Notes: generated by a model not told the origin, from the letters alone. A stretch of 64,000 nucleotides of DNA from Eledone cirrhosa (GCA_964016885.1 OZ024742.1:165788001-165852000), one strand, 5' to 3'; positions 14,712-27,739 are shown, counted from the first letter of the stretch. Made by a program: numbers and translations.

Positions 14712-14716
<5 letters not shown>
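14496..14716. mobile_element. piggyBac-like MITE (copy 1)
   Basis: TIR ccctttagcattta ... taaatgttaaaggg; same body as 17935-18153 and 18240-18447. Confidence 0.8.
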
Positions 14717-14758
<42 letters not shown>

Positions 14759-15020
14759 TAAAACATGTCTATAGAATCACATGATAAAATATATACCATT
14801 TCCTCTCCCAATTAGCATAATTAACTATATAAAATATCGAATAGACCAGGCTATAAGAATGAGGCTTCTATGAAGAAATCTCCAACAAATAACCGAAACT
14901 AGCCCTTTTCGTCGGCCGCAACGGAATATTTATTGAATATTTCGACAGCGTAATCGCCCAGATACAGTCAATTAAACAGAATTAGGTGTAAAATAAACTA
15001 GGAGAAAATAGAATACATTT

Positions 15021-15113
15021 AAATACCTCTACCATGGTTTCGTCCGCATTTTGAGATTTCCAATAATTATCTAATAATTATGTAACTCGAGCATCGGATT
15101 CATCAGGAGATTT
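15021..15113 (-). ncRNA. Type I hammerhead ribozyme (copy 1)
   Basis: Minus strand: aaatCTC-CTGATGA-aTCCG...CGGAc-GAAA-CCATGG-TA-GAGgtattt; palindromic stem III ACCATGGT; GUA cleavage triplet. Confidence 0.8.
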
Positions 15114-15671
15114 GCTCTGATCTAGACACTAAATTTTCCAAAGTGATCGCGCCAAGAATTCATTCAAAATGGCTAAGAATCGTGATGTAGTAGCGGTCAG
15201 GTTGGAAGGGGTGTGGTAGTTGCTTATGGCTGGTGGTTTTTTTGCTAGAAAACACAGCACAATACAGCCAAATTTGTATCTCAACCTAATGGGAAATTAT
15301 TACATATAAAAGTTTACATATATATATATATACATATACGTGTTTTGCAACGGGTCACTTTGTGGCTCAATGAAAATTTAATAAATTAAATAATCAGAGC
15401 TATATATCATAAAACATGTCTATAGAATCACAAGATAAAATATATACCATTTCCTCTCCCAATTAGCATAATTAACTATATAAAAAATCGAATAGACCAG
15501 GCTATAAGAATGAGGCTTCTATGAAGAAATCTCCAACAAATAACCGAAACTAGCCCTTCGCGTCGGCCGCAACGGAATATTTATCGAATATTTCGACAGC
15601 GTAATCGCCCAGATACAGTCAATTAAACAGAATTAGGTGTAAAATAAACTAGGAGAAAATAGAATACATTT

Positions 15672-15764
15672 AAATACCTCTACCATGGTTTCGTCCGCAT
15701 TTTGAGATTTCCAATAATTATCTAATAATTATGTAACTCGAGCATCGGATTCATCAGGAGATTT
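15672..15764 (-). ncRNA. Type I hammerhead ribozyme (copy 2)
   Basis: Identical motif to 15021-15113, 651 bp downstream. Confidence 0.8.
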
Positions 15765-17363
15765 GCTCTGATCTAGACACTAAATTTTCCAAAGTGATCG
15801 CGCCAAGAATTCATTCAAAATGGCTAAGAATCGTGACGTAGTAGCGGTCAGGTTGGAAGGGGTGTGGTAGTTATTACGGCTGGTGGTTTTTTTGCTAGAA
15901 AGCACATGTAAACTTTTATATATATATATATACATACAAGGATCTACTGACCATAATACTCGCATGGAATTACCAAATGAGGTTTATTTTTCAAACATAA
16001 TCTGTGGAGAAAAACAGTGCAGTTATTAACAAGAAGAGTTGAAATTAATGCATGCAAAATTTCACAGCACTAGTATCACAAGTATCTTGGTCAGCCTATG
16101 AACTTTTCAGCTAACCTTCGTGTTGTACAGTATAAATTGATATTTTGTTAATTTGGTGTATTGTAAGAGTTTAGGTACAATGGAATTATTGTACTCTCTA
16201 ATTAAGACTGCCCCTCACCCTCCTAATTTACATAAATGACTTGTACATAAATCAGGACCATGAACCCTGTTATCACCTCTCCCTACACACATAGACATGT
16301 ATTGACTCTTTAATTAAGGACATGACAAACTTCCTAGTGTTGCTGTCACAATGATATACACCAAGTACACTCTGTAAAGTGGTTGTCATTAGAAACGACA
16401 TCCAGCTGTAGAAACTAATCTAAAACTAGAATGTTTCTAAGCCAAACATGTTTACTCATAGCTATAACCTCTAACTGTTCATCAACCATATCAATCTCAT
16501 CAGTCTAACTCCTTTCTCTTGATTAGAATTAGAGTTAGGCTGTGTGTATCCAGATTAGAATATGTACACCATATCCCTGCATATCATAAGAAGTGACTAA
16601 ATAGTTGATGTCATGAAGGGCATCTAACTGTAAAACATTGCCTCAAAAATCCTTCCCAGCCCATACCAGCATGGGAAAGTCAATGTAAAAATGATGATGA
16701 TTTACATGCATTTTTTTCATGCTTTGCAGGGATTGAACAAGATCCAGGGCTTATCCTAGTTTCATGAGCATTAAGTGACTGAGGGTGCAAGATTTCCCCT
16801 CTCTCTCCCTGAATGGGATGTCAGTTTGGAGGACTAACCTCCAACTGGTCCTTAGTTTCAGCTGAGTGAACTGAAGCAATGTGAAATGAAGTGCCTTGCT
16901 CAAGAACACAATGTCACCTCACCTAGGAATCAAACCCACAACCTTGTGATTATGTGCCCAAATATCTTCACTTCTGATTAAAAACACACTTACACAGATA
17001 CACTAATTCAGTTTAGGAAGAGTATTTAACACTTTCATTACCATATTTCTAGTGAAAGACACTGTTTATGATTTTAAATTAAATTTGAAAAAAATTAAAG
17101 ACCATATCCAGTGCATGTGTTTTTATTTTTCATTGGTAAATGACCCCACTTGAACTTTAAATAACAATTACAATTCCTAGTTTTGAACACGTACAACTAA
17201 ACATGGAAAAAACCAAGAAAGTATGTTCACTTTTTTTTCCATCTCCAAGGATACTTAACCCAATTTTCTCTATTATTTATAGTAACTGACTATTATTATG
17301 GTCATTTGCATTGGGAGGCACACATTTCAAATAAATATTTTATTTTATTTTATTTTTCTCCAG

Positions 17364-17538
17364 AAAGCTGTTGGCAGTTTTGGTTTGAATGGACTTGACC
17401 GACTCATCTCATTCATGATTGTTCAGGAATTGCAACATTTCAATGCCCTCTTGTACAAAAGTGTCCTACGAGATAAAGGGGTTATTGAAATGATTTCTAC
17501 TTTATCAAAATCCCTGAACCCTATAAAAGGCCTCGTCA
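17364..17538 (+). CDS. WASHC5: Strumpellin exon
   Basis: ctccag|AAAGCT...GTCA|gtaagt; KAVGSFGLNGLDRLISFMIVQELQHF...PIKGLV. Confidence 0.95.
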
Positions 17539-17934
17539 GTAAGTGATTATCTTAAACCCTTTCATTACCATATTTTTTATGAAACACACTGCTTACGATT
17601 TTCAAATAATTTTGAAAATAATAAAAAATTCAAAGGGATTTAGTAATATTCTTTTCTGGTTTTAGTCAATAGACTGTGGCCATACTGCAGCATCACCAAA
17701 TTGTTTTGTTATTTATCTGGTGTTTGGAACATAAAGGTTCTTACATAAAATTATGATGAAAGATTTTTAGATAAACAAAAGGTAGAGAGGGCTCTTTAGT
17801 TGTGTCAAAGCCATGATAACCTCTCTAGTGCTGGTACCATGATGAAGTGCATGGTGCACTCTTCAATGTGCAGGAATGTATGTAAGCACAATGCAGGTCC
17901 CCAGCTCTTCTGAGAGATCAGCAGCTCTGATTAA

Positions 17935-18153
17935 CCATTTAGCATGTAAACTGGCCATATCTGGTCAGAATTCTCTGACCTCTTTCTATTCTAACCAGCT
18001 GTAACCAGCCCCTCATATTGATGTTAAGGTATTGTTCTCAAAATAAATAACATCAAAATCTCATAGATTTGATATTATGTGAGATAAGTATGTAAGATAA
18101 AGCCTTTACCACGAAAATACAATTGTATATAGATTAATGTAAATGTTAAAGGG
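17935..18153. mobile_element. piggyBac-like MITE (copy 2)
   Basis: TTAA|ccatttagcatgta ... taaatgttaaaggg|TTAA. Confidence 0.8.
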
Positions 18154-18239
18154 TTAAGTACTGACTTGGTCTGTGACAACATGTCCAGCCCTTGCTAGCA
18201 GGAAAAGTGGACATTAAATGATGATGATAATCACTTTAA

Positions 18240-18447
18240 CCCTTTAGCATTTAAACTGGCCGTATTCGGCCAGAATTCTCTCACCTCCTTCTGTCGAAAT
18301 CAGCTGTAACCAGCTACTCATACTGATGTTAAGGTATTGTTCTCAAAATAAATAATATCAAAATCTTGTAGCTTCGATATTATGTGAGATAAAGCCTTTT
18401 CTGTGAAAATACAATAGTAAATATAGAGTAATGTAAATGCTAAAGGG
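18240..18447. mobile_element. piggyBac-like MITE (copy 3)
   Basis: TTAA TSD and perfect 14-bp TIR ccctttagcattta/taaatgctaaaggg. Confidence 0.88.
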
Positions 18448-18639
18448 TTAAAACAAATAGAATTGAAGAACTAGTGGTGGTTTCAGGTGCTTAGATATCA
18501 AGAGGGTTAAACTATCAACCTCAAAAACTGTTCACTGTTGAATGGAAGAGTAAAAGAAGGATTCATCAGATTTTCTGGTTAAATTTGAAAACAGTGATAT
18601 TGTATAGCTGGAGGTGGGTATAGTTATGGTATGGTATCC

Positions 18640-19340
18640 ATAATAGGGGATAGGTTGTTGTGAGATAGTAGCTATAATTGGGGTAGGTTGTTGTAAGATG
18701 GTAGCTATAATGGAGGTAGATTGTTGTGAGATAGTAGTCATAATGGGGGTAGATTGTTGTGAGATGGTAACTGTAATGGGGGGTAGATTGTTGTGAGATG
18801 GTAGCTATAATGGGGGGTAGATTTTTGTGAGACGGTAGCTATAATGGGAGTAGATTGTGAAGTGGTAGCTATAATGGGGGTAGGTTGTTGTGAGATAGTA
18901 GTCATAATGGGGTAGACTTGTGAGATGGTAGTCATAATGGGGTAGACTGTTGTGAGATGGTAGTCATAATGGAAATAGGTTGTTGTGAGGTGATAACCAT
19001 AATAGAGGTAGGTTGTTGTGAGGTGGTAGCTATAATGGGAGTAGGTTGTTGTGAGGTGATAACCATAATAGGGGTAGGTTGTTGTGAGGTGGTAGCTATA
19101 ATGGGAGTAGGTTGTTGTGAGATACTAACCATAATAGGGGTAGGTTGTTGTGAGGTGGTAGCTATAATGGGAGTAGGTTGTTGTGATGTGATAACCATAA
19201 TAGGAGTAGGTTGTTATGAGGTGGTAGCTATAATGGGAGTAGGTTGTTGTGATAATCATAATGGAGGTAGGTTGTTGTGGGGTGGTAGCTATAATGGGAG
19301 TTGTTTGTTGTAAGATGTTAGCTATAATGAAGTTATGAGA
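18640..19340. repeat. About 33-bp intronic minisatellite
   Basis: Unit approx. GTGAGGTGGTAGCTATAATGGGAGTAGGTTGTT, about 20 copies; two alternating variants in the 3' half. Confidence 0.9.
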
Positions 19341-19397
19341 TGGTAAAAAAAAATAATATTAATAATAACATTAATATTTTTTTTTCTTCCCTCACAG

Positions 19398-19477
19398 ACC
19401 AACCATATAAAATCTACTCTCTGGCTTTAACTAAAGCAGCAAAACTTTGGCCTTCATTTATGGAAATAATTCTGAAG
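19398..19477 (+). CDS. WASHC5: Strumpellin exon
   Basis: tcacag|ACCAAC...CTGAAG|gtaaat; (N)QPYKIYSLALTKAAKLWPSFMEIILK. Confidence 0.92.
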
Positions 19478-19788
19478 GTAAATATTTCATTTATTTCAAC
19501 ATGTGATTTATCATTTGTAGATTATTAACTCTTTTATTACTATATTTACAATGAAAGACACTGCCTATGGCTTTCAAATAATTTTCAAAGGAATCAAGAA
19601 TTTAGAGGGATTTAATTACAGCCATTTAAGTTCTGATTTCAAATCCTACCATAGTCAACTTTGCCTTTCATCTTTATGGGGTTGATAAAATGAAATACCA
19701 TTAATGCACTAGGATCAATTTAATTGATTTTCCCTTTCCCTTCAAATTGTTGGCCTTGTACCAAAAGTAGAAACAATTATTATTATTA

Positions 19789-20316
19789 CTAGCAGAAAAA
19801 CCACCCTTCGGGTGCTTTTCTGCTAGCATGTGTAGTGTGCATATTGATATTATAAGCAAATATATATGCATTTAGTTATGATACATCAAATAAAATTGTA
19901 ATTGAGAATATGCACAGAAATTGAAGAGGGACTGTTACAATCAGTAACTTAATAATCCATGATACATTTAAAAAAAGACAATATTATATATAAACTGCAT
20001 TAGGAGAAAATTAACGACGGAAATATTAACCTTATATAACGATGCAAATATATGAACGTTTATATAAGCAATATAAAAAGTGTTATAATATAACGGACGC
20101 TCACTGGAAGTGTTGACATTTGAAAATTTTAAAGAAGTGAATCTTGAAATAAGCAATAAAATTATTTATATTTAATCAAGATTTACGAAATTTAGTACAT
20201 AAATTATGTAATATTCATTCATTATTTATTTAAAGTAATCCAACTTATTTTACAAATGGGATTAAAAAAATATATTCAGGACACAGTCCCGCACTCCTCC
20301 CTTTACTATATTATGA
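19789..20316 (-). mobile_element. Non-autonomous Helitron
   Basis: Minus strand starts A|TCATAATATAGTAAAG and ends with hairpin cacccgaagggtg followed by CTAG|T; inserted between A and T with no TSD. Confidence 0.75.
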
Positions 20317-20550
20317 TTATTTGGCAGTATTGGTAGAGCATCAGACATGCTTTGCAACATATAATTACGGCCCTTTACGTTCTGAGTTCAAATCCCGGTG
20401 ACGTTAACTTTGCTTTTCATTCTTACGAGGTTGATAAAATAAAGTACCAGTAACGTACTGGTTGATTTAATCGACTTTCCCCTCCCCCAAAAATTGTTGG
20501 CCTTGTGCCTAATTCAGAAACCATTATTATTATTTTTCAATTTACTTTAG

Positions 20551-20654
20551 GTGGGTCAAATGCAACTTTTGCGGAGACAGATAGCAAATGACTTGAATAA
20601 CTCGTGCAAGTTTGATTCCAAAATTTTAGCCAGTGCTTTACAAACTATGAACAA
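20551..20654 (+). CDS. WASHC5: Strumpellin exon
   Basis: ctttag|GTGGGT...AACAA|gtaagt; [34 protein letters not shown]. Confidence 0.95.
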
Positions 20655-21702
20655 GTAAGTACCACCACCTTCTTCCACACATAGCCTTTTATTATTATAC
20701 ATTATCTGAGTTTTTAATATTGTTTTGTTCAGCTTATCTATTCATTTTATCCCTAGGAAGGGGGCGGCTGGGGATTGGGTCTAAATTGTAGATTTGGCTA
20801 ATTATGTGCATTTTAATCATTTGATTAGTACATACATTTTCCATGGAATACATTACTTACGATTTTCAAATAATTTTTTAAATAATCAAAAATTTGGAGG
20901 ATGGTGTTTAGAGCATAACTTATTAATGGCTCTAACATAAAAATTATGATAGAAGATTTTTAGATAACTATAAGCATTTTAAAACAGTTTTGTATTGTAG
21001 AACCAGGGGCAGTTTCAGTTGGTTTGATATTGAAAGAGTCAAGAGCCTTGCAGTATTCCGTCTAGCTTAGTCAACTTTGCATATCATCATTTTTAGGTCA
21101 AGAACAAGTCCGGGATAGTGGATTGATTACACTCACTGAATTTACAATTGTTAGCCCCTTACAAAGTGTTCTGGGAGCATTCTATCATTAAGCCAGCACT
21201 AGGGAAGTTGCCAGTTATTGACTCAACTGAAGATCCTTCTCTACTCTATGTGGATCAGCAAAGGGGACAGGTGTAACCCCTAACTAGACATCAAATATAT
21301 CATATTTTTAATGAAACACCCAGCCTGTGATTTCGAAATAATCAAGAATTTAGAGGGATTTAGTAAAATAACTAATTTTTCTCCTTATTAAGTTGGTGCT
21401 TGGAACATAATTTGACAAATGTTTATACATAAAATTATGATGGAAGATTTTTTTCATAGATAGATATAAGATTTTTTATAGATAGATATAAACTATTTAA
21501 ATTAATAGTTTTATATCACAAAACACAAGGAAATTTCAGGCAGCTTGGTATGGAAATGTTTAATGGGTTATGGGACATCACAGTATATTGTTATTGAAGG
21601 AGTTAATGGGTTATAGGACATCACAGTAAAGGTTTAATGGGTTAAGGGACATCACAGAATATCAATCAGTTTTGTTGTTTTCACCATTGTCCTTCATTAT
21701 AG

Positions 21703-21832
21703 TGCATTACTAGTGGATATTCAGAGACACTATCAAGATCCATCCTTGCCTTATCCTGATGAAGAAAATCCTCTGATGTACCAGCTGTCATCATATCTTG
21801 AAGCTGCTGGCAACCATAATCCTCTTTTGAAG
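21703..21832 (+). CDS. WASHC5: Strumpellin exon
   Basis: ttatag|TGCATT...TTGAAG|gtaaga; ALLVDIQRHYQDPSLPYPDEENPLMYQLSSYLEAAGNHNPLLK. Confidence 0.96.
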
Positions 21833-22088
21833 GTAAGATGTTTCTCATCTCTTTGCAGACTTTCACCTTCATATGTTTTCTTGTTTCAAAGTCTGTACAG
21901 TGACTTCATCTAAGACCACCTGTTGAAACTAAAGCAATTACATTATGAAAGAGTTATTTTCAAAAAACAAACAAAACCTCTTAAATTTGCTTTACATTTC
22001 TTGTTTCTTGGGAGGAAAATTTTAACACCTATAAATGTTTAATAAATATAAAGTGAATTTAACAGTTTTTAGGTGTGTGTGTGTGTGT

Positions 22089-22119
<31 letters not shown>

Positions 22120-23264
22120 TCATCATTAAAACGACTCTACCCCGATGTAGTTACCTATCTATTTTCTTGTTCTTTTATTGGTTTTAATCATTAGACAGTA
22201 GCCATGCTGCCACTGCCTTCTAGGGTTTTAGTTGATTAACCCTAGTTACTTATTTTGTTGATTTCTATTTATCAAATGGCTAAGTTATCTTGTGACATAA
22301 AGGGATGTAACTCAACGTACTAATGTATGCTGGTGGTTTACACTAACATACACACACATGACAGGCTTACAGTTTCTCTCTTCTGAATTCCACTCACAAA
22401 ACACTGTTCTGTTCTTTCCATTGGTGATACTATCTGTCGGATGCCAATCCTGGCATACACATCGCCACTTTTCCAGTAACGGGAAGCAGTATTTGAACTG
22501 AGAATGCAAAGAGCTGCCAGAACAGATACCATAAGACATTCTGACCAATGTTTTAACAATTCCTCCAATCTACAACCGCGAAAAGATGAAAGGCAAAGTT
22601 GATCGCAGCAGGATTTGATCTCTGAATATTGCCATCAATGGACATTTGAATATTACGTTTTTGTACTAGTAAACCACATGCTATCTGGCGGTTACAGTTT
22701 TGTGGTCATCATCATCATCGTTTAACGTTCATTTTCCACGTTAGCATGGGTTAGACGAGTTGTCTCGTTGTGAGATAAGTCAGACCAGGTGACTGTGTCT
22801 TGCTCATACAGAACTATTTCTGGCTTGGTTTCTACTGCTGGATGCCCTTTCATAACACCAACCACATTTACAGTGCGGACTGCTTGCCTTTTATCGTGGT
22901 ACTAAAACAACCAATTGACAGGTTGGGCTTGGTACTTTTCATTGAGTGTTAAAATAATGTTTCCAATAACACATACCGAAATATTGTTTTCATTGCTAAC
23001 ATCGTTTTAAATTTCATAGGCAAGATACTTAACTCTTGTTCATGCATTAGTTATCTCCCTTGTCAATTTGGCTGTTGTCATCTTTATTAACGCATGCAAT
23101 TCCTTCATGAATAACAGTTTTAAACCTTTTGGTACCAACACACCCATAACTGCCTCTGGTTCTATGAAACAAAAACCACTCATTTTTAAAGGGCTCTTAT
23201 TTAAAATTTTAAAATCTTCCAAGATTATTTCATATAAGAACCTTTTGTTAAGTTGTGATGAATC

Positions 23265-23697
23265 TCCGATGTCTGGCAACTGACTTGGTAAACACCCACA
23301 AAATTATTAACCATCTTGCCAACAACAACCCTGAGTATCTTTTTCATTTCCATGTGTCTAACACACGTGGGCATGCCCACAAAGTCAGAAAACAGCACAG
23401 CTCCGATGACTTTCGGAAACATTTTTTCACGCTCAGAGTTGCTGAAGCATGGAACAAACTACCTGCATCAGTTGTTAGTTGTCGAGACACTGCATCCTAT
23501 AAAACCTCCATGCTTCTTGAGATTCGCCAACACTACACCTAATATTCCTCCTCCATACACAAGCACACATGTATATCATGACTCATACACTATTCCCTTC
23601 CCTGACATTTGTATATTATTCTATGTACTATACATGCACCTTTGACGAGTTGTAGTGCACCTGAGCACTGTACGCAATAATTTCATTATTATTATTA
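23265..23697 (+). mobile_element. CR1-like LINE 3' fragment
   Basis: TRGHAHKV...FFTLRVAEAWNKLPASVV motif and (ATT)n tail; near-identical to 43350-43787. Confidence 0.85.
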
Positions 23698-24292
23698 TAA
23701 ATTCATTCGGTGAATTGGCAGTAGCGGTAGAGGGTCAGACGCCATGCTTTCCAGCATAGTTACGTCCCTTTACGGTCTGAGTTCAAATCCCGTCGAGGTT
23801 AACTTTGTCTTTCATCCTTACGTGGTCGATAAAATAAAGTACCAGTAATGTACTGGGTAATGCTGGCCTTGTGCCAAAAGTAGAAACAATTATTATAAAT
23901 TCATTCTGTCTTTGCCCAAGATTCATCTACACACAAATTTCTGGCCTTATCAGAGACACATATTATTGCCTTTTCACTGGCTTCAGTCATCAGATTGTAG
24001 CCATGCTGAACAATGTCTTGATTTAATTAATCATATTGATCCCAGTACTAATTTTTTAAAGTCATATTTTATCAATTATTTTTTGTCAAACTTGTAAGTT
24101 ACAGTACATAGACACAGATAACTTTGGGGACACACATAGATATATGATGGGCTTTTGCAGTTTCTGTCTACCAAATTCCACTGAAGCTATAGCAGAAGAC
24201 AGTATCCCATAGTACCACACAGCAAGACTGAACCCAGAATCCCTTAACCACACACCCATAAATATCTTATATTATTTTCTTCTTTTCAACAG

Positions 24293-24389
24293 ATTTACAT
24301 CACAACCAAACGAGTTACATGTTTCCCACTTTTCAACTTCCTGTTAGTCATATCCCATCTACCAAAACTAACCTACAATAAATCAATAG
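24293..24389 (+). CDS. WASHC5: Strumpellin exon
   Basis: caacag|ATTTAC...ATAG|gtgagt; IYITTKRVTCFPLFNFLLVISHLPKLTYNKSI. Confidence 0.95.
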
Positions 24390-25668
24390 GTGAGTTATCC
24401 ATTTTGTTTATTAGAGGCTGCAGACGTTTGTATGGAGATGACTTTACTGGAAAGGCCAATAAAGGGTGATAATTTTGCCAACAAAATCTTTTGTTTTTAT
24501 TTGGTTAAACATACAGAAAAAGGGAGCAATATTGGAAAGGGCTATAAATGCCATAAATGAGAGGAAAAGAAGGGGAAGAACAAGGACTACTAGGCAAAGG
24601 AAGAAAGAAAGGGGACAGACTCTACACATAGGTCAGAATGGTGTTTTTCAGCTGCGCTCTGCAGACAAAATGGCAAAGGCATTTCTGCAGACAATGGCCA
24701 GCAACACATGCTACAACAGCCACCCCACCTTATGAAGCTCCTTCCTCAGACAGGCTGCTATCGATCCAATTTTACGGAGGAGGTCAGCTGTCCGATGTTA
24801 GAGGGTGCTTGAGGTCTCGACAGTGATTGAACAAGCTCCAGTATTTGCTTGTCTTCCTCTCCTCTGCATTATCTTTGTTTCTATTGGGGTGGGGATTAAG
24901 CTTGTATTGACGGTGAACTGGGAATGTTGGATAGAATGCTTTGCAGTACATGTTCTACCTCTCTGCACTCTGACTTGAAATGCCACCAAGGTCAACTTTG
25001 CCTTTCATCCTTTCGAGGCCAATAAAGTACCAGTCTACCAGTTCAATCCTAGAGTCAATTCTTCCTCTATATCTCTTTCCCACTTCCCCTCTCTTTCTCC
25101 TTCTCTCTCTCACCTTCTCTGGAAAAAATTGGCTGTGTTCAGACCTGCAGAGGGATGGGCTCTGCCAGGCTTAAAATGCCTCCAATGTGAGTTACGGGTC
25201 TATACAACACAAATGTTTAATGGTCTTTGTCTGATAGAGCCCTCTGTAATCATCATCATTGTTTTAACGTCCGCTTACCCTGCTAGAAAGGGTTGGACAG
25301 GTCTACATAGACCAAGTCCATACTGAAGCAGAGCCACTGATTTCCCAGGCAGGCCAGGGATCTGATGTTAAACACTACCTAGAGGGAGTTTCTGTGTCCT
25401 GATTGCTTGCATAATCTGAGTTCATGGAACTTTTTCAACTCATTATATTACATGTGTAAGACTCTATGAAATATTATATCTATCTATGTGGTCAGTTTTT
25501 GACTGTATTTTGTACTACTAACTATCATATCTACCTATGTGGTCAGTATTTTATTGTATTTTGAACTCCCTCTCTTCCGTCTCTTTTAGGGTCCCCTGAG
25601 AAAGAGTCATAAGTACTGTATTTATCTCCTATTTTAATGGAGCTTTTCTATCATTTTTATCTTTTCAG

Positions 25669-25825
25669 GGACCATAATCTGTAAGAAAACAGCTGACCCT
25701 TTAGATGCTCCACCTTTTATTGTAGGAGTGATCACATTACTGAAACAATACCATTCAGACAACACAGACTTATTTATGGTACTGATGGGCCAGTATATAC
25801 GGTCTCTGTTTGAGATAGTCAATAC
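25669..25825 (+). CDS. WASHC5: Strumpellin exon
   Basis: tttcag|GGACCA...AATAC|gtaagt; TIICKKTADPLDAPPFIVGVITLLKQYHSDNTDLFMVLMGQYIRSLFEIVN. Confidence 0.95.
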
Positions 25826-27651
25826 GTAAGTCAAATATATACACCATAGAGTACTTGTTGTAAGGTTTTTGTTTCTTTGGCTTTAGAATAGGTACACTGT
25901 ATCCCTGTGTGCATCCTGTTTAGAATAGGTACACCATATCCCTGTGTATATCCAATTTAGAATAGTTACACCATATCCCTGTGTGTTGTAAGAGGTAGCT
26001 AAAAAAGGTTTGCTCTAGGAAGAGCATCCAGCTTCATAAATTTGATTTTGAGGAAATTTTTAACATTGTAAGCCAGGACATTCATTGCTTAGTAATTAAG
26101 GTGTTATGATTGAAAGGTCGTGAGTTTGATTCCAGGTCCTGGTGGTGCATTGCATCTTTGAACAAGACACTTTATTTCATATTCCTCAAGTCCACTCAAT
26201 TGGAAAAAATTAATTGCGGTATGCCTGGTGCCAAACTGTCTCAGCCCTAACTTTTCCCTTGGATAACATTAGTGACATGGAGTGGGGAGACTGGCATTCA
26301 TGGGCAAATTTGGGTCTTGCCTAGCGTTGCACATTGAAAAGAAACTTTCCAGTTAAAAACCCATAGCCAAGCATGACTGAAGTGGACCTACTTTGTTATA
26401 TATATTAACCACAAAGGCATAGCTCCGATTCTATGGGTATGTGGTTAGAATCTCTCACTGGACAGATTTTATAAGCAAAACCAACCAGCAGGAGACCCAG
26501 GGGTAGACTCCAAGCAAGATGGTTGGATAACATCCATAAGCTTGGATGGTCTCGCTTGAGGATCCAGCTAGATCATTTGGAGACAGTTGCTCCTGACAGG
26601 ACTTGCTGGAAGGAGTGTTTAAGGACTCTGCCCCCACAACCCTCTCAGGAATAAGTGGGCGAAGAAAAAGGCACAACCATGTGGTTAAGCAGTTCATTTT
26701 GTAACCATGAGTTTCTATGTTCAATCCTGCTATGTGGTAATTTGGGTGTCTTTTACTATAGCTACTAATTGACCAATGTCTTGTGAGTGGAATTTGGTAG
26801 TCAGAGATTGCTGAAGCCTATTATATATGTGTGTGTGTTTACATTTATGTCTGTGATTATATCTTGTAACTTAGCAGTTCAACAAAAATTGATTGATAAA
26901 ATTGACTTATAATGCAGTACTCCAGCATGGTCACAGTCTAATGGCTAAAACCAGTAAAAAGAAAAATGGTATATATATTCTTGGGTCTCGAATAATTGTG
27001 TATGTGTATGTGTGTGTGTCCTATTTATCAATTTTTCAGATTTTTTCCAACCCTTCCACTCTCATTCCAAACCACACTTATTAAATGTTGCTAATCTATC
27101 TCCGGCAAAACTTTATTTTAAGTGGTAGCATTCCTGCAACAATTAATTTTCTTTATACATTAAAAAAACATTAGACATGACCAAAAAAGTACATTACAAG
27201 AAATCCAATATGTTATAAAATAAATAAAATAAATAGGATGCATTGAGGGTCTCAATATGTAAACTAAATGACTAATTCTGTTTTTTTTTTTAAATCAACG
27301 GAGACAATCTAGAAAAATTACCAATTATTCAGGACTCAAAAGTACATATGTATATATTGAGAGAGAGAGAACCAAACAATAAAATATATAGGCATTATAT
27401 ACACACACATAACATACATCACTGCTATGGCATCAAATCCAGAAACCGGTGGTTGCAAAAAGAACTTCTTTACCACACAGCCATGCCTGTAGCCATTTCT
27501 AAAGTACCACTTTGTTACTTATCTGCCAGTTTCTTATTTGTTTTTGTTATTTTGTTTTGTTTTGTTTTGTTTTTTCAAATTCTTTTTTACTGTTATTCTT
27601 ACCATTAATATCTTCAAACTTCTCCCCTTGTTTTGATATTTTTCTCTTCAG

Positions 27652-27739
27652 CACAAAAAATCATGATGTGTCAAATGATGTTCTCAATGCTTTGGTATTT
27701 GTTGAAGATTTCCTTTACTATGGAGACTTAACACGAAAG
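27652..27739 (+). CDS. WASHC5: Strumpellin exon
   Basis: cttcag|CACAAA...CGAAAG|gtgaga; TKNHDVSNDVLNALVFVEDFLYYGDLTRK. Confidence 0.92.

Larger units (their letters stand above)
14757..15910 (-). mobile_element. 651-bp tandem unit (about 1.8 copies) with one hammerhead per unit; retrozyme or Penelope pLTR-like; flanked by (TA)n
   Basis: 14759-15250 is near-identical to 15410-15900 (offset 651); (TA)n at 14717-14756 and about 15917-15932. Confidence 0.8.

Noticed and set aside
14862-14990. Additional hammerhead-like bits inside the 651-bp unit (ctatgaaga..gaaac on +; ctgtatc..cgaaatattc on -)
   Set aside because: Cores deviate too far from CUGANGA to support a call
18532-19313. Mucin-like or Cys-rich 11-aa repeat ORFs
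   Set aside because: Produced by the 33-bp intronic minisatellite; no splice or start context
23040-23283. Short overlapping ORFs next to the CR1 5' junction
   Set aside because: No recognisable motif or splice sites; cannot be supported
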